This document shows, piece after piece, positions 29,098 through 38,420 of a stretch of DNA of 64,000 nucleotides. The DNA is from a candidate division FCPU426 bacterium. GTDB lineage: Bacteria > Oederibacteriota > PGYV01 > Palsa-1178. The stretch is taken from positions 704,001 to 768,000 of the forward strand of contig CAWIXE010000002.1 of the NCBI GenBank assembly GCA_963840035.1, given 5' to 3'. The notes under the pieces are model-generated. The model was not told where the DNA came from. It was given only the letters and a program-made list of their open reading frames with translations, and ran no database searches. How positions within the stretch are numbered: position 1 is the stretch's first letter; every line of letters starts with the position of its first letter. A program made the translations under genes and the position numbers.

Positions 29098-30525
29098 ATG
29101 TATAACGCAAAGTCCGCGGACGCGAATGAGTTTATTGACGACGGCGAGGTCCTGGCTTCCATTGCGGAGGCTAAAAATTTGGTCAAAGACAAAACCGGGA
29201 TTGATATGATACTGGCGAAGGCCGCTGAATGCAAAGGCTTAACGCACAGGGAAGCGGCAATACTGCTTGAGATAGACGACGATGAAACCCTTGAAAAAAT
29301 GTATAGAACCGCCAAAAAAATTAAGGAAAAGATTTACGGAAACAGAATAGTGCTTTTCGCGCCGCTTTACCTTTCGAGTTACTGCGTGAACAACTGCAAA
29401 TACTGCGGATACAAAAGTTCGAACAAGATCGGGCGGCACCAGCTCTCGCAGGATGAACTGCGCGCCGAAATAAGGGCGCTGGAGGCCATGGGCCATAAAA
29501 GGCTGCTGCTGGAAGTCGGTGAAGACGATGATAAATGCCCGATTGACTATGTGGTTGAATGCATTAAAACAATCTATAACGAGAAATTTGAGAACGGGGC
29601 GATACGCAGGGTAAATGTGGACATAGCCGCCACAACGGTTGAGAATTATAAGAAGCTTAAGGAAGTGGAAATAGGCACATACCTGCTTTTTCAGGAAACA
29701 TACCACAAGCCCACTTACATGCAGGTGCACAGCGGGCCCAAGCGTAATTATGAATGGCACACCGAAGCCATGGACAGGGCAATGCTGGGAGGAAAGATTG
29801 ACGATGTCGGCATCGGGCCGCTGTACGGCCTTTATGATTATCACTATGAAACAGTTGCGCTTTTAATGCACGCGGAGCACCTGGAGGCGGCTGTGGGCGT
29901 CGGGCCTCATACAATCTCATTCCCCAGGCTTTTACCCGCGGAAGGCGTCGATTTTAACAGCTTTCCGTATCTGGTAAAAGACAGGGACTTTAAAAAACTT
30001 GTGGCAATTATCCGCCTGGCTGTGCCTTATACGGGCATGATATTATCCACAAGGGAAAGCGTTGAATTCCGTAAGGAACTTTTGGAAGTGGGCATATCGC
30101 AGATGAGCGCCGGTTCGTGCACGGGAGTCGGCGGATACGCCAAAAGAAAGACGGTGGACAGCAGCGGGCTTGAGGAAAAGCCGCAGTTCAACGTGGCTGA
30201 CCACAGGGCTCCCATTGACGTAATTAAAAGCCTGGTAAAGGACGGATATGTCCCGAGTTACTGCACAGCCTGTTACCGCGAAGGCAGGACAGGCGACCGC
30301 TTTATGCCGCTGGCAAAATCAGGCCAGATAGGCAACGTGTGCCTTCCCAACGCGCTGCTCACTTTTCAGGAATACCTGAAAGACTACGCGGATGACGAAT
30401 TAAGGTCGGAAGGCGCAAAGATGATAGACCGCGAGATTAAAAACGTAAGCAATGAAAAACAAAAATCCAGGGCGCTGGATTATCTGGAGCGCATACGCAA
30501 AGGCGAAAGGGATCTGCGGTTTTAA
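29098..30525 (+). CDS. hydG: [FeFe]-hydrogenase maturation radical SAM HydG
   Basis: APLYLSSYCVNNCKYC, GPHTISFPR, C-terminal CTACYR...C, GERDLRF. Confidence 0.96.
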   Translation: MYNAKSADANEFIDDGEVLASIAEAKNLVKDKTGIDMILAKAAECKGLTHREAAILLEIDDDETLEKMYRTAKKIKEKIYGNRIVLFAPLYLSSYCVNNCKYCGYKSSNKIGRHQLSQDELRAEIRALEAMGHKRLLLEVGEDDDKCPIDYVVECIKTIYNEKFENGAIRRVNVDIAATTVENYKKLKEVEIGTYLLFQETYHKPTYMQVHSGPKRNYEWHTEAMDRAMLGGKIDDVGIGPLYGLYDYHYETVALLMHAEHLEAAVGVGPHTISFPRLLPAEGVDFNSFPYLVKDRDFKKLVAIIRLAVPYTGMILSTRESVEFRKELLEVGISQMSAGSCTGVGGYAKRKTVDSSGLEEKPQFNVADHRAPIDVIKSLVKDGYVPSYCTACYREGRTGDRFMPLAKSGQIGNVCLPNALLTFQEYLKDYADDELRSEGAKMIDREIKNVSNEKQKSRALDYLERIRKGERDLRF

Positions 30526-30548
30526 AATTTTGTGGTATTTTTGTTTTG

Positions 30549-30619
30549 GTAGCCGCAACCTTCAGGTTGTGAAAGGCGGGAAAGCAATCCCGGTAACGCA
30601 GCCTAAAGGCTGCGGCTGC
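30549..30619. repeat. GTAG REP doublet between convergent genes
   Basis: GTAGCCGCAACCTTCAGGTTG ... GCAGCCTAAAGGCTGCGGCTGC. Confidence 0.75.
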
Positions 30620-30642
30620 TAATGCGAAAAACGATAAATGTT

Positions 30643-31725
30643 TTAAAACGACTCCACCAGGTCTATATATAGTTGCATGTCTCCGCGGGCGAATGCCAGC
30701 TCGAAACGCAGCGGCGAGTCCATAAAATCCAGTGGCGTCCAGTGCAGGCCGAAACCCCAGGCTCCTTTGATGCCTTCGGTCTTAAAACTCATTATGTCCG
30801 GCGCGACCTGTCCGGCTGTGGCAAATAAACTGCCGCGGAAGGTCCACCATATGGGGAAGCGGTATTCTGCTTCAAGCGCGGTATACGCGTAGTCGACATA
30901 CCTGCCTTCATAATATCCGCGCATGTAATAAAGACCGCCAAGCATGGGTATGTAGCGGAAAGGCGTGCCTTTACCGGCAAGCCTGAGTATTGCGTCAAAG
31001 CAGAGGATGTTTTCAGGGAAAAGCGTATAAAAAGCCTTGCCTTCGCCTTCAAAAATATAAAAATCAGCGGATGATCCAAGCGCTTTTAATGATGCCGCTG
31101 CCATTATATCCGCCACATATCCGTTTCCGGTAGAAAAACGTCTGTCCCTGCTGTCATATATAAAACGCATACCCAGCGCTGACATTGTGCCGTTGTGGCC
31201 GCCGGCGACCGCGCCTGAATCAAGGAGCCCGCCTGTTTTTAGGCCGCTTATTTCATACCTGTTAAATTTATAATATACCCCGAGCTTCATGCCGGCGGTG
31301 ATGCTCTTTAATAGCGAAGATGTGAATTCGCCTTCGGTATAAGTATAATTCTCAGCGTCTTCACGTTTTGTATCGGGGCCCAAACCCCAGAAAAAATATG
31401 GATAGTACGAAAAGATGGGGTGCGCGTTCAAATAGAGCGAGCCTTTATCAAAATATTTTTCCGTGTTTAAGTCTATGCACAGCTGTTTTTTTTCGGTATA
31501 TACAACTGAAAATATGCCTGTATCTTTTTTTGTGGTCATGGAAAGTGACTCGGGAAAGCCGGTATAAAGGGCGGCTGCGCCAAAGGCTATGCCTGTTTCA
31601 GGTGTGTAGTAAACTGCCGGCAGGGGCATGATATTAAAGATATATTTTTCTTCAACGGGGATATCGGCTGCAAAAATCGGATAAAACAAAAGAAAGAATA
31701 ATAGTAGTATTGCGTTTTTTTTCAT
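30643..31725 (-). CDS. Omp85/BamA-TamA-like beta-barrel without POTRA domains
   Basis: YTPETG, YDSRD, MRGYYEGRY, AEYRFP, terminal ESF. Confidence 0.85.
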   Translation of the reverse strand: MKKNAILLLFFLLFYPIFAADIPVEEKYIFNIMPLPAVYYTPETGIAFGAAALYTGFPESLSMTTKKDTGIFSVVYTEKKQLCIDLNTEKYFDKGSLYLNAHPIFSYYPYFFWGLGPDTKREDAENYTYTEGEFTSSLLKSITAGMKLGVYYKFNRYEISGLKTGGLLDSGAVAGGHNGTMSALGMRFIYDSRDRRFSTGNGYVADIMAAASLKALGSSADFYIFEGEGKAFYTLFPENILCFDAILRLAGKGTPFRYIPMLGGLYYMRGYYEGRYVDYAYTALEAEYRFPIWWTFRGSLFATAGQVAPDIMSFKTEGIKGAWGFGLHWTPLDFMDSPLRFELAFARGDMQLYIDLVESF

Positions 31726-31791
31726 GTGTAAACTCCTTTATAAGATTATAAGCAGCGCAACATGATAAAGTCAATTTGTTTTTGTGTGGTG

Positions 31792-31845
31792 TTGCAGCGG
31801 AGCCCGGCACTGTGTTTCTGGAGGATTGTAATCCTGCCGCTACAA
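31792..31845. repeat. Degenerate GTAGCGG-type REP doublet
   Basis: TTGCAGCGG...CCGCTACAA; the reverse copy resembles 51257. Confidence 0.5.
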
Positions 31846-31886
31846 GATTAATTTACAAAAGCCGATTTTACCTGTATTATGAAACC

Positions 31887-33164
31887 ATGAACAATATTGT
31901 AAACACATTCAGAGCTTTTAACCACAGGAACTACAGGCTTTTCTTTGCCGGACAGGGCATATCGTTTTTAGGCTCGCTCATGCAGTCCGCGGCGCAAGGC
32001 TGGCTTGTTTACCGACTGACAGATTCCGCCTTCATGCTCGGGCTGGTGGCTTTTACCGGGCAGTTTCCCGCTTTTTTCATCGCGCCATTTGCCGGTATTT
32101 TAAGCGACAGGATTGACAGGCGCAAACTCATACTGGCTGCAGACATACTTCAGATGCTTCAGGCCATAGTGCTGGCCGCGCTTGTTATTTTTGGAGCTGT
32201 GAAACCATGGCATATAATCATACTCTCTTCAATACTCGGAATAGCCAACGGTTTTGAGATGACTACGAGGCACGCCATAGTCCCGGACATAGTAAATAAT
32301 AAAAATAACCTTGGAAATGCCATTGCATTAAACTCGGGTATGTTTAACCTGGCAAGAATCATAGGGCCGTCAATAGCCGGTTTTGTAGTTGCGTACTACG
32401 GGGAAGGAATGTGTTTTGCCATAAACGCCGCGAGCTACATTGCCATAATATACGCGCTCCTGGCTATGAAATTGCCTGTAAATAAATATGGCGGAACAGC
32501 CACGCGACCCATGAACGACCTGAAAGAAGGTTATAAATATGTTTTTTCCTTCAAGCCGCTGCGGGATATTATTTTTCTTATGGCGTTTATCAGCCTTACA
32601 GGCTCGTCTGTAATAATATTACTTCCGGTTTTTGCCAGGGATATCCTGAATGGAGGCCCTCAGATGCTTGGTTTTTTAATGGCGGCCCTGGGCACAGGCG
32701 CGCTCACAGGCGCGGTATACCTGGCATCCAGGAAGTCGATACCGGGGCTTGGAAGGGTGATTGTTGCCGCGCTGCTGGTATTCGGGACTGCTGTCTGCTG
32801 CCTGGCTTTTGTATCGGATAAATGGCCGGCGCTTTTTCTGCTGATGGCGGCAGGTTCAGGGATGATGATGCACATGGCATCATCAAATACGCTCATACAG
32901 ACCATCGCTGACGACGATAAAAGGGGCCGGGCTGTGAGTTTTTACATTATGGCATTTTCGGGTTTTGGCCCCATTGGAAACCTTATCGCGGGTTATGCGG
33001 CAAAAAATTTCGGGGTGAAAATTACGGTTTTGTGCGCGGGATTCATGACTCTGGCCGGGGCCGCTGTTTTTGCTTATAACCTTAAGAAAATGAGGGTTTT
33101 ACTGGAACCTGTGTATATAAAACGCGGTGTATTGCCGGCGGAAGACATTATTGAGCCGAAATAG
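31887..33164 (+). CDS. MFS transporter (MFS_3/DHA3-like), probably leaderless
   Basis: HRNYRLFFAGQ, GILSDRIDRR, about 12 TM; TTTACA-17bp-TATTAT-6nt-ATG and no RBS. Confidence 0.9.
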   Translation: MNNIVNTFRAFNHRNYRLFFAGQGISFLGSLMQSAAQGWLVYRLTDSAFMLGLVAFTGQFPAFFIAPFAGILSDRIDRRKLILAADILQMLQAIVLAALVIFGAVKPWHIIILSSILGIANGFEMTTRHAIVPDIVNNKNNLGNAIALNSGMFNLARIIGPSIAGFVVAYYGEGMCFAINAASYIAIIYALLAMKLPVNKYGGTATRPMNDLKEGYKYVFSFKPLRDIIFLMAFISLTGSSVIILLPVFARDILNGGPQMLGFLMAALGTGALTGAVYLASRKSIPGLGRVIVAALLVFGTAVCCLAFVSDKWPALFLLMAAGSGMMMHMASSNTLIQTIADDDKRGRAVSFYIMAFSGFGPIGNLIAGYAAKNFGVKITVLCAGFMTLAGAAVFAYNLKKMRVLLEPVYIKRGVLPAEDIIEPK

Positions 33165-33277
33165 GGAATAATAAGTTCTGTGATAATTTTGAATTCATAA
33201 TAATATATGCTATAATATCTATTGGATTAAGGGATTATCTAACATCTTAAACTCAAATAACAGGCTAAGGGGATATT

Positions 33278-36200
33278 GTGTCAAAATTGCGTTTTTTTCT
33301 AAAAAAACATGAATTTTTACTGGCGGAAACGGGTATTGTCATTATTGCCGCTATATTATTCCTGTTTTTCCAGAGAAACGCGATTAATACGCTGAAAATA
33401 AATTTTGAAAATGATTCATCCATAAGGATCAACCAGATTTATAAAAATATGGAAACAGGCGTGGTCCAGCTGGCCATGCTCGACGCTTTTTTTGAAGGCT
33501 CTGATTTTGTGTCGGAGGAGGAGTTCAGGACATTCTCAACACACCTCATGAAGGACAATGCCATTGACGCGCTGACATTTTCAGTTTTTGGCAGGTCCAC
33601 GGCATCGGTCTCGGAATTATATCCCCTGGAAAGGGGCGCGTTGTTTAAGGTAAGGCCATTCGATGAAAATAACGGTTTTGGGGTAAATGGCTATGATACA
33701 TGTGCCGTCATTTACGCGGAACCGCCGGAGCCGTACCGGCCGGTCAGGGGTATGAACCTTCTGACTGAAAAGACGAGATCCATGGCAATCGATACATGTA
33801 TAAAAAATAAAAGCGTAATTGCCAGTTCCCCTGTGGATATAATTGTGCTTAAAGACGGGGAAAATTCTGGATTCATTTTGTTCTCCCCGGTAAGTTTGAA
33901 AAACAGCAAAGGTAAAATTGCCGGAGTGGCGGCAGCGGTCTTTTCGGTAAAAACTCTCGTGACAAAATCCATAGAACCCACACCTCCGCTTAATATATAC
34001 ACTGATTTTTATGACGTTACGAACGGCAACGAGGAATTGCTATACAAGTGGCAGCCCCGCGTACCTGACAGCGCCGCTGGGAAAGTAATGTTCATGCCCT
34101 TTTATCCGAAGAATATTGAAAACCGCGTTTATAAGGAGATTGCCGGAAGAAAATGGCTGATTGTAACCCACCCGGGAAAGGTATATCTTAAACGCCATTT
34201 TTCCATGACTTTTTTAATATTTATCCCGCTGTGCATCGTTTTCCTTGGGCTCCTTTTTTATTACGGCGGCTCAATGAGAAAAAGGGTTGTTGAGGCGGAA
34301 AAGATTGCCGATGAAAAAGGAGCAAGTCTTGAGGAAAAATCAAGGGAATTGCTCATGTTTTTTGAGACGACCATTGACCTGTTTTGTATCGCAAATCTGA
34401 ACGGATATTTTATCAAACTTAACAAGGAATGGGAAAAAACCCTGGGATACAGCCTGGATGAGCTTGAAGGTACAAAATTCATCAATTTTGTCCATGCAGA
34501 TGACAAAGAGGCTACTTTGGCCACATTATCAGGTCTTGGACAAGGGCGATCCATATTAAACTTTGTGAACAGGTACAGGCACAAGAACGGGTCGTACAGG
34601 TGGATTGAATGGCGTTCATCCATGAAAAACGGCCTTGTCTACGCGGCGGCAAGGGACATCACTGACAGGATGAAGTCCGAGGAACTGCTCCGCGACAATG
34701 AGGCGAAATTCAGGGCGTTATTTCTCGCGATACCGGATCCAACTGTGTTAAACAGGGCTGTTGACGGAAGTTATGTCATGGTTAATGACAGGTACCTTCG
34801 GATGTCCGGATATACGCGGGAGGAAGTCTTATCAAGTAATTCAAAAGACCTTAAAATATGGGCCGATTACGACGACAGGCAGAAAGTGATGGATGAATTA
34901 AAAAAGTCCAATTACTTAAATAATGTGCAGGTCAGGTTCAGGATGAAGGACGGAGCGGTCAGGAACTGCCTTGTTTCCGGCTCAGTGATAATGTTCAACG
35001 AGGAACCGCACATACTGCTGACTGCAAGGGATATTACGGACAGGCTTGAAATTGAAGACAGGCTAAAAAAACAGGAGTTCTGGCTCCGCGAGTCACAGCG
35101 CGCCGGACGTATCGGGTCTTTTGAGATTGATATAACGGCGAAGAACTGGATATGCACCCGGGTCCTGGATGAAATATTCGGGATAACGGCTGATTTTGTC
35201 AAATCACTTAAAAACTGGAACGCGCTGATATACGATGAGGATAAGAAAATGATGGAAAATTATTATGGCGAGATTACAAAAAAAATGGCTCAATTTAACA
35301 GGGAATACAGGATAAAAAGGCCGTTAGACGGTTCCATAAGATGGGTTCATGGAAGGGGGGATTTTAGTTTCAATGAAGCGGGTAAGCCGGTAAAACTCAT
35401 CGGCACAATACAGGATATAACTGAGCGCAAAAACGCGGAATTGGCGCTTAAGGACAGCGAAGAAAAGTTTAAAACGGCTTTTGTGACGAGTCCGGATGTC
35501 ATTGCCATAAACAGGGCGCGGGACGGCATGTATGTGCTTGTAAATGACGGGTTCTTAAGGACTACCGGTTATACAAAAGATGAAATCATAGGAAAAACAT
35601 CAAAGGAAATTGCCATATGGGATGATTACGCGGACAGGGACAAACTTGTGGAAATGCTTAAAGAAAAAGGCTATGTAACCGGATATCAGTTCAAGTTCAG
35701 GGTAAAGGATGGAAAAAGCAAAACATGCCTGATGTCCGCCAACATTATTATGCTCAATAACGAACCGCATATAATGGTGAACGTAAAGGATATTTCAGAC
35801 CGTATACTTTTTGAAGAACAGTTAAAAGAGCATGAATTCTGGCTTCGCGAATCGCAGAAGGCGGCAAACGTAGGCAGCTATGACCTCAATATAAAAACCG
35901 GCATATGGAAATCGACAAAAGCCCTGGACGACATATTCGGCATCGATGATTCATACGTGAAAAACATGGATGGCTGGGCCGGGCTTATAAATTCCGCGCA
36001 GCGTGATGAGATGAAAAAATATGTAAGTGAGATTGTTAAAAATAAAGCGGTTTTTGACAGGGAGTACAGGATTGAACGCGCAAAAGATAAAAGCGAACGC
36101 TGGGTTTACGGCAGGGGAAAAATTGTTGCCGGGGCTGACGGATCGCCCGAACGCATGATCGGAACCATAACAGATGTGACTGAACTGCATGAAAAGAATC

Positions 36201-37303
36201 TTAAAATCATTGAAAGCCAGGAAAAACTCCACGTACTTTTTGAGTCCATGACCGAAGGCGTGGCCCAGCACGAATATGTTTTTGAGCGGGGAAGGATTGT
36301 CAATTACAGGATAGTGGATGCTAATAAAAGTTATGAATCCATACTCGGGGTAAAGAAAGAAAATATAACGGGCAAGCTGGCGACAGAGGCTTACGGGGTC
36401 CCTTCGCCTCCATATCTTGAAGAGTTCTCCAGGCCGTATAATGAAGGCGTTAATTTTTACTTTGAGACATACTTTCCGCCGATGAAGAAACATTTTTCCA
36501 TATCCGTGGCAAAATGGGGCGACAGGGGTTTTGCCACCATTTTTACGGATATCACTGCCAGAAAAAAGCATGATGAGGAAAGAGAAGAGATGATGAAGGT
36601 GACAGAGGACAAAAACGCCGAACTGGAGAGATTTATTTATACGGTCTCACATGACCTTAAAAACCCGCTTATTACCATAAACGGTTTTTCGGGGCTGTTA
36701 AAAAAACACCTCGATGCGGGAAAACTTAACGACGCGCAAACCGACGCGGACCTTATCATGAACGCGGCAGGCATGATGGATAATCAGCTTAAGGACCTGC
36801 TTGAAATGTCGCGGATAGGCAGGGTCGCGAATAAGCCCGAGAATATAAAAGTCGCTGATATAACAAGGGACGCGGTCAAGCTCATCCAGGGGGAGTTAAT
36901 CTCAAAAAAAGTGGAAATATCCATAGACAATGAACTTGATGATGAATACATTTACGCGGATAAACAGCGCTTAACCGAAGTGCTGCAGAACCTGCTTTCT
37001 AACGCAGTGAAATTTATGGGAGCGCAGAAACACCCGCAGGTTGAAATCGGCGTTAAAAACAGTTATAATGGTTATGAGAGGGTTTATTACATAAAAGACA
37101 ACGGGATAGGGATTGAAAAACAGTTCTTAACCAGGGTATTTGGCCTTTTTGACAGGCTGAACCCGAAGATAGAAGGCACCGGTATAGGCCTTGCAATCGT
37201 GAAGAGGATTATAGAACTTCACGGAGGCAATATCTGGGCCGAATCAGACGGGCCGGGAAAAGGTTCCGTGTTTTATTTCACGGTCCCGGAAGTAAAAATT
37301 TGA
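33278..37303 (+). CDS. CHASE-domain, multi-PAS sensor histidine kinase
   Basis: TM-CHASE(YAEP...G.NL)-TM, about 6 PAS/PAC, SHDLKNPL, NLLSNAVKF, DNGIG, GTGIGL. Confidence 0.93.
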   Translation: MSKLRFFLKKHEFLLAETGIVIIAAILFLFFQRNAINTLKINFENDSSIRINQIYKNMETGVVQLAMLDAFFEGSDFVSEEEFRTFSTHLMKDNAIDALTFSVFGRSTASVSELYPLERGALFKVRPFDENNGFGVNGYDTCAVIYAEPPEPYRPVRGMNLLTEKTRSMAIDTCIKNKSVIASSPVDIIVLKDGENSGFILFSPVSLKNSKGKIAGVAAAVFSVKTLVTKSIEPTPPLNIYTDFYDVTNGNEELLYKWQPRVPDSAAGKVMFMPFYPKNIENRVYKEIAGRKWLIVTHPGKVYLKRHFSMTFLIFIPLCIVFLGLLFYYGGSMRKRVVEAEKIADEKGASLEEKSRELLMFFETTIDLFCIANLNGYFIKLNKEWEKTLGYSLDELEGTKFINFVHADDKEATLATLSGLGQGRSILNFVNRYRHKNGSYRWIEWRSSMKNGLVYAAARDITDRMKSEELLRDNEAKFRALFLAIPDPTVLNRAVDGSYVMVNDRYLRMSGYTREEVLSSNSKDLKIWADYDDRQKVMDELKKSNYLNNVQVRFRMKDGAVRNCLVSGSVIMFNEEPHILLTARDITDRLEIEDRLKKQEFWLRESQRAGRIGSFEIDITAKNWICTRVLDEIFGITADFVKSLKNWNALIYDEDKKMMENYYGEITKKMAQFNREYRIKRPLDGSIRWVHGRGDFSFNEAGKPVKLIGTIQDITERKNAELALKDSEEKFKTAFVTSPDVIAINRARDGMYVLVNDGFLRTTGYTKDEIIGKTSKEIAIWDDYADRDKLVEMLKEKGYVTGYQFKFRVKDGKSKTCLMSANIIMLNNEPHIMVNVKDISDRILFEEQLKEHEFWLRESQKAANVGSYDLNIKTGIWKSTKALDDIFGIDDSYVKNMDGWAGLINSAQRDEMKKYVSEIVKNKAVFDREYRIERAKDKSERWVYGRGKIVAGADGSPERMIGTITDVTELHEKNLKIIESQEKLHVLFESMTEGVAQHEYVFERGRIVNYRIVDANKSYESILGVKKENITGKLATEAYGVPSPPYLEEFSRPYNEGVNFYFETYFPPMKKHFSISVAKWGDRGFATIFTDITARKKHDEEREEMMKVTEDKNAELERFIYTVSHDLKNPLITINGFSGLLKKHLDAGKLNDAQTDADLIMNAAGMMDNQLKDLLEMSRIGRVANKPENIKVADITRDAVKLIQGELISKKVEISIDNELDDEYIYADKQRLTEVLQNLLSNAVKFMGAQKHPQVEIGVKNSYNGYERVYYIKDNGIGIEKQFLTRVFGLFDRLNPKIEGTGIGLAIVKRIIELHGGNIWAESDGPGKGSVFYFTVPEVKI

Positions 37304-37315
37304 GGGGTGTTTAAA

Positions 37316-37756
37316 ATGAAAGACGATATGAATCCGCTGGTATTGCTCGTGGAAGACAATGACGGGCACGCGCAGCTTGTAAGCATGGGCATGAGGGACT
37401 GCGGCATAGACCATGAGCTCATAAGGGTCTCTGACGGCACGGACGCCGTTAATTTCCTGAAAAAAACCGGGGAATTTAAATCGGACAGCCATAAACGGCC
37501 GGACCTTATTTTGCTTGACCTAAGGCTTCCGAAGATGGACGGCCTTGAAGTTCTAAAGGAAATTAAAAGCGATGAAAAGCTCATGGGTATACCGGTCGTG
37601 GTGCTGACGACCTCGGAATCGGAGAAAGATATAGCTAAGGCGTATGAAGGAAGGGCAAACAGTTACCTGGTAAAGCCCATGCATTATGAAGAGCTTTCAT
37701 CCATGCTGCAGGAGACCGGTTTTTACTGGCTGGCCTGTAACAGAAGGGCGTACTGA
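37316..37756 (+). CDS. Single-domain response regulator (Rcp1-like)
   Basis: LLVEDN, LLDLRLPKMDG, LTTS, ANSYLVKP. Confidence 0.92.
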   Translation: MKDDMNPLVLLVEDNDGHAQLVSMGMRDCGIDHELIRVSDGTDAVNFLKKTGEFKSDSHKRPDLILLDLRLPKMDGLEVLKEIKSDEKLMGIPVVVLTTSESEKDIAKAYEGRANSYLVKPMHYEELSSMLQETGFYWLACNRRAY

Positions 37757-37760
37757 AAAA

Positions 37761-38204
37761 ATGACAAAGACCATACTGATAGTGGACGACGATGAGTCCC
37801 TGTCAAAACTTGTTTCAATATGCCTTGAGGAATCCGGTGAAAAAGTGAATGTGATGCATGTTGAAACAGGCGAAGAGGCGCTTGATTATCTCTCAGGCAA
37901 GGGCAGGTATTCAGACAGGCGGCTAAACCCGGTTCCCGCGGTTATCCTGCTTGACCTCGGTCTTCCCATGATGAGCGGGATGGAACTGCTTAAAAGGATT
38001 AAAACCAGCGATGAATTAAGCTCAATTCCGGTCGCTGTCCTGACGGCAATGGAGTCGCGCGGCGACATAAAGCGTGTTTTTAACCAGTTCGCCAACAGCT
38101 GCATTATAAAACCTTTTGGCCTTGACGAGATGAAAAAAGTGCTTAACAGTTTTGCCGCGTACTGGCTGCGCTATAACAGGCTGCCTGAAGAAAAGACGCA
38201 TTAA
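37761..38204 (+). CDS. Second single-domain response regulator (Rcp1-like)
   Basis: LIVDDD, LLDLGLP, ANSCIIKP. Confidence 0.9.
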   Translation: MTKTILIVDDDESLSKLVSICLEESGEKVNVMHVETGEEALDYLSGKGRYSDRRLNPVPAVILLDLGLPMMSGMELLKRIKTSDELSSIPVAVLTAMESRGDIKRVFNQFANSCIIKPFGLDEMKKVLNSFAAYWLRYNRLPEEKTH

Positions 38205-38420
38205 ATACAATTTTCTATTTTAAATTTTCTATTTTCAATTGAGTACTAAAACACTGCTGAAAAATAATACAAAAAACCATAAAAGCGCCTTTTAAAACTG
38301 GCGTTTTCCGCTGTAAAACAAAAAAAGTTCCCAAAAACCATGAAATTATGATAATATATCATCTCATTTTTGTAATTTATCGTTTAAATAAAAACTATTT
38401 GCATACAAGGAGCTTAGAAG

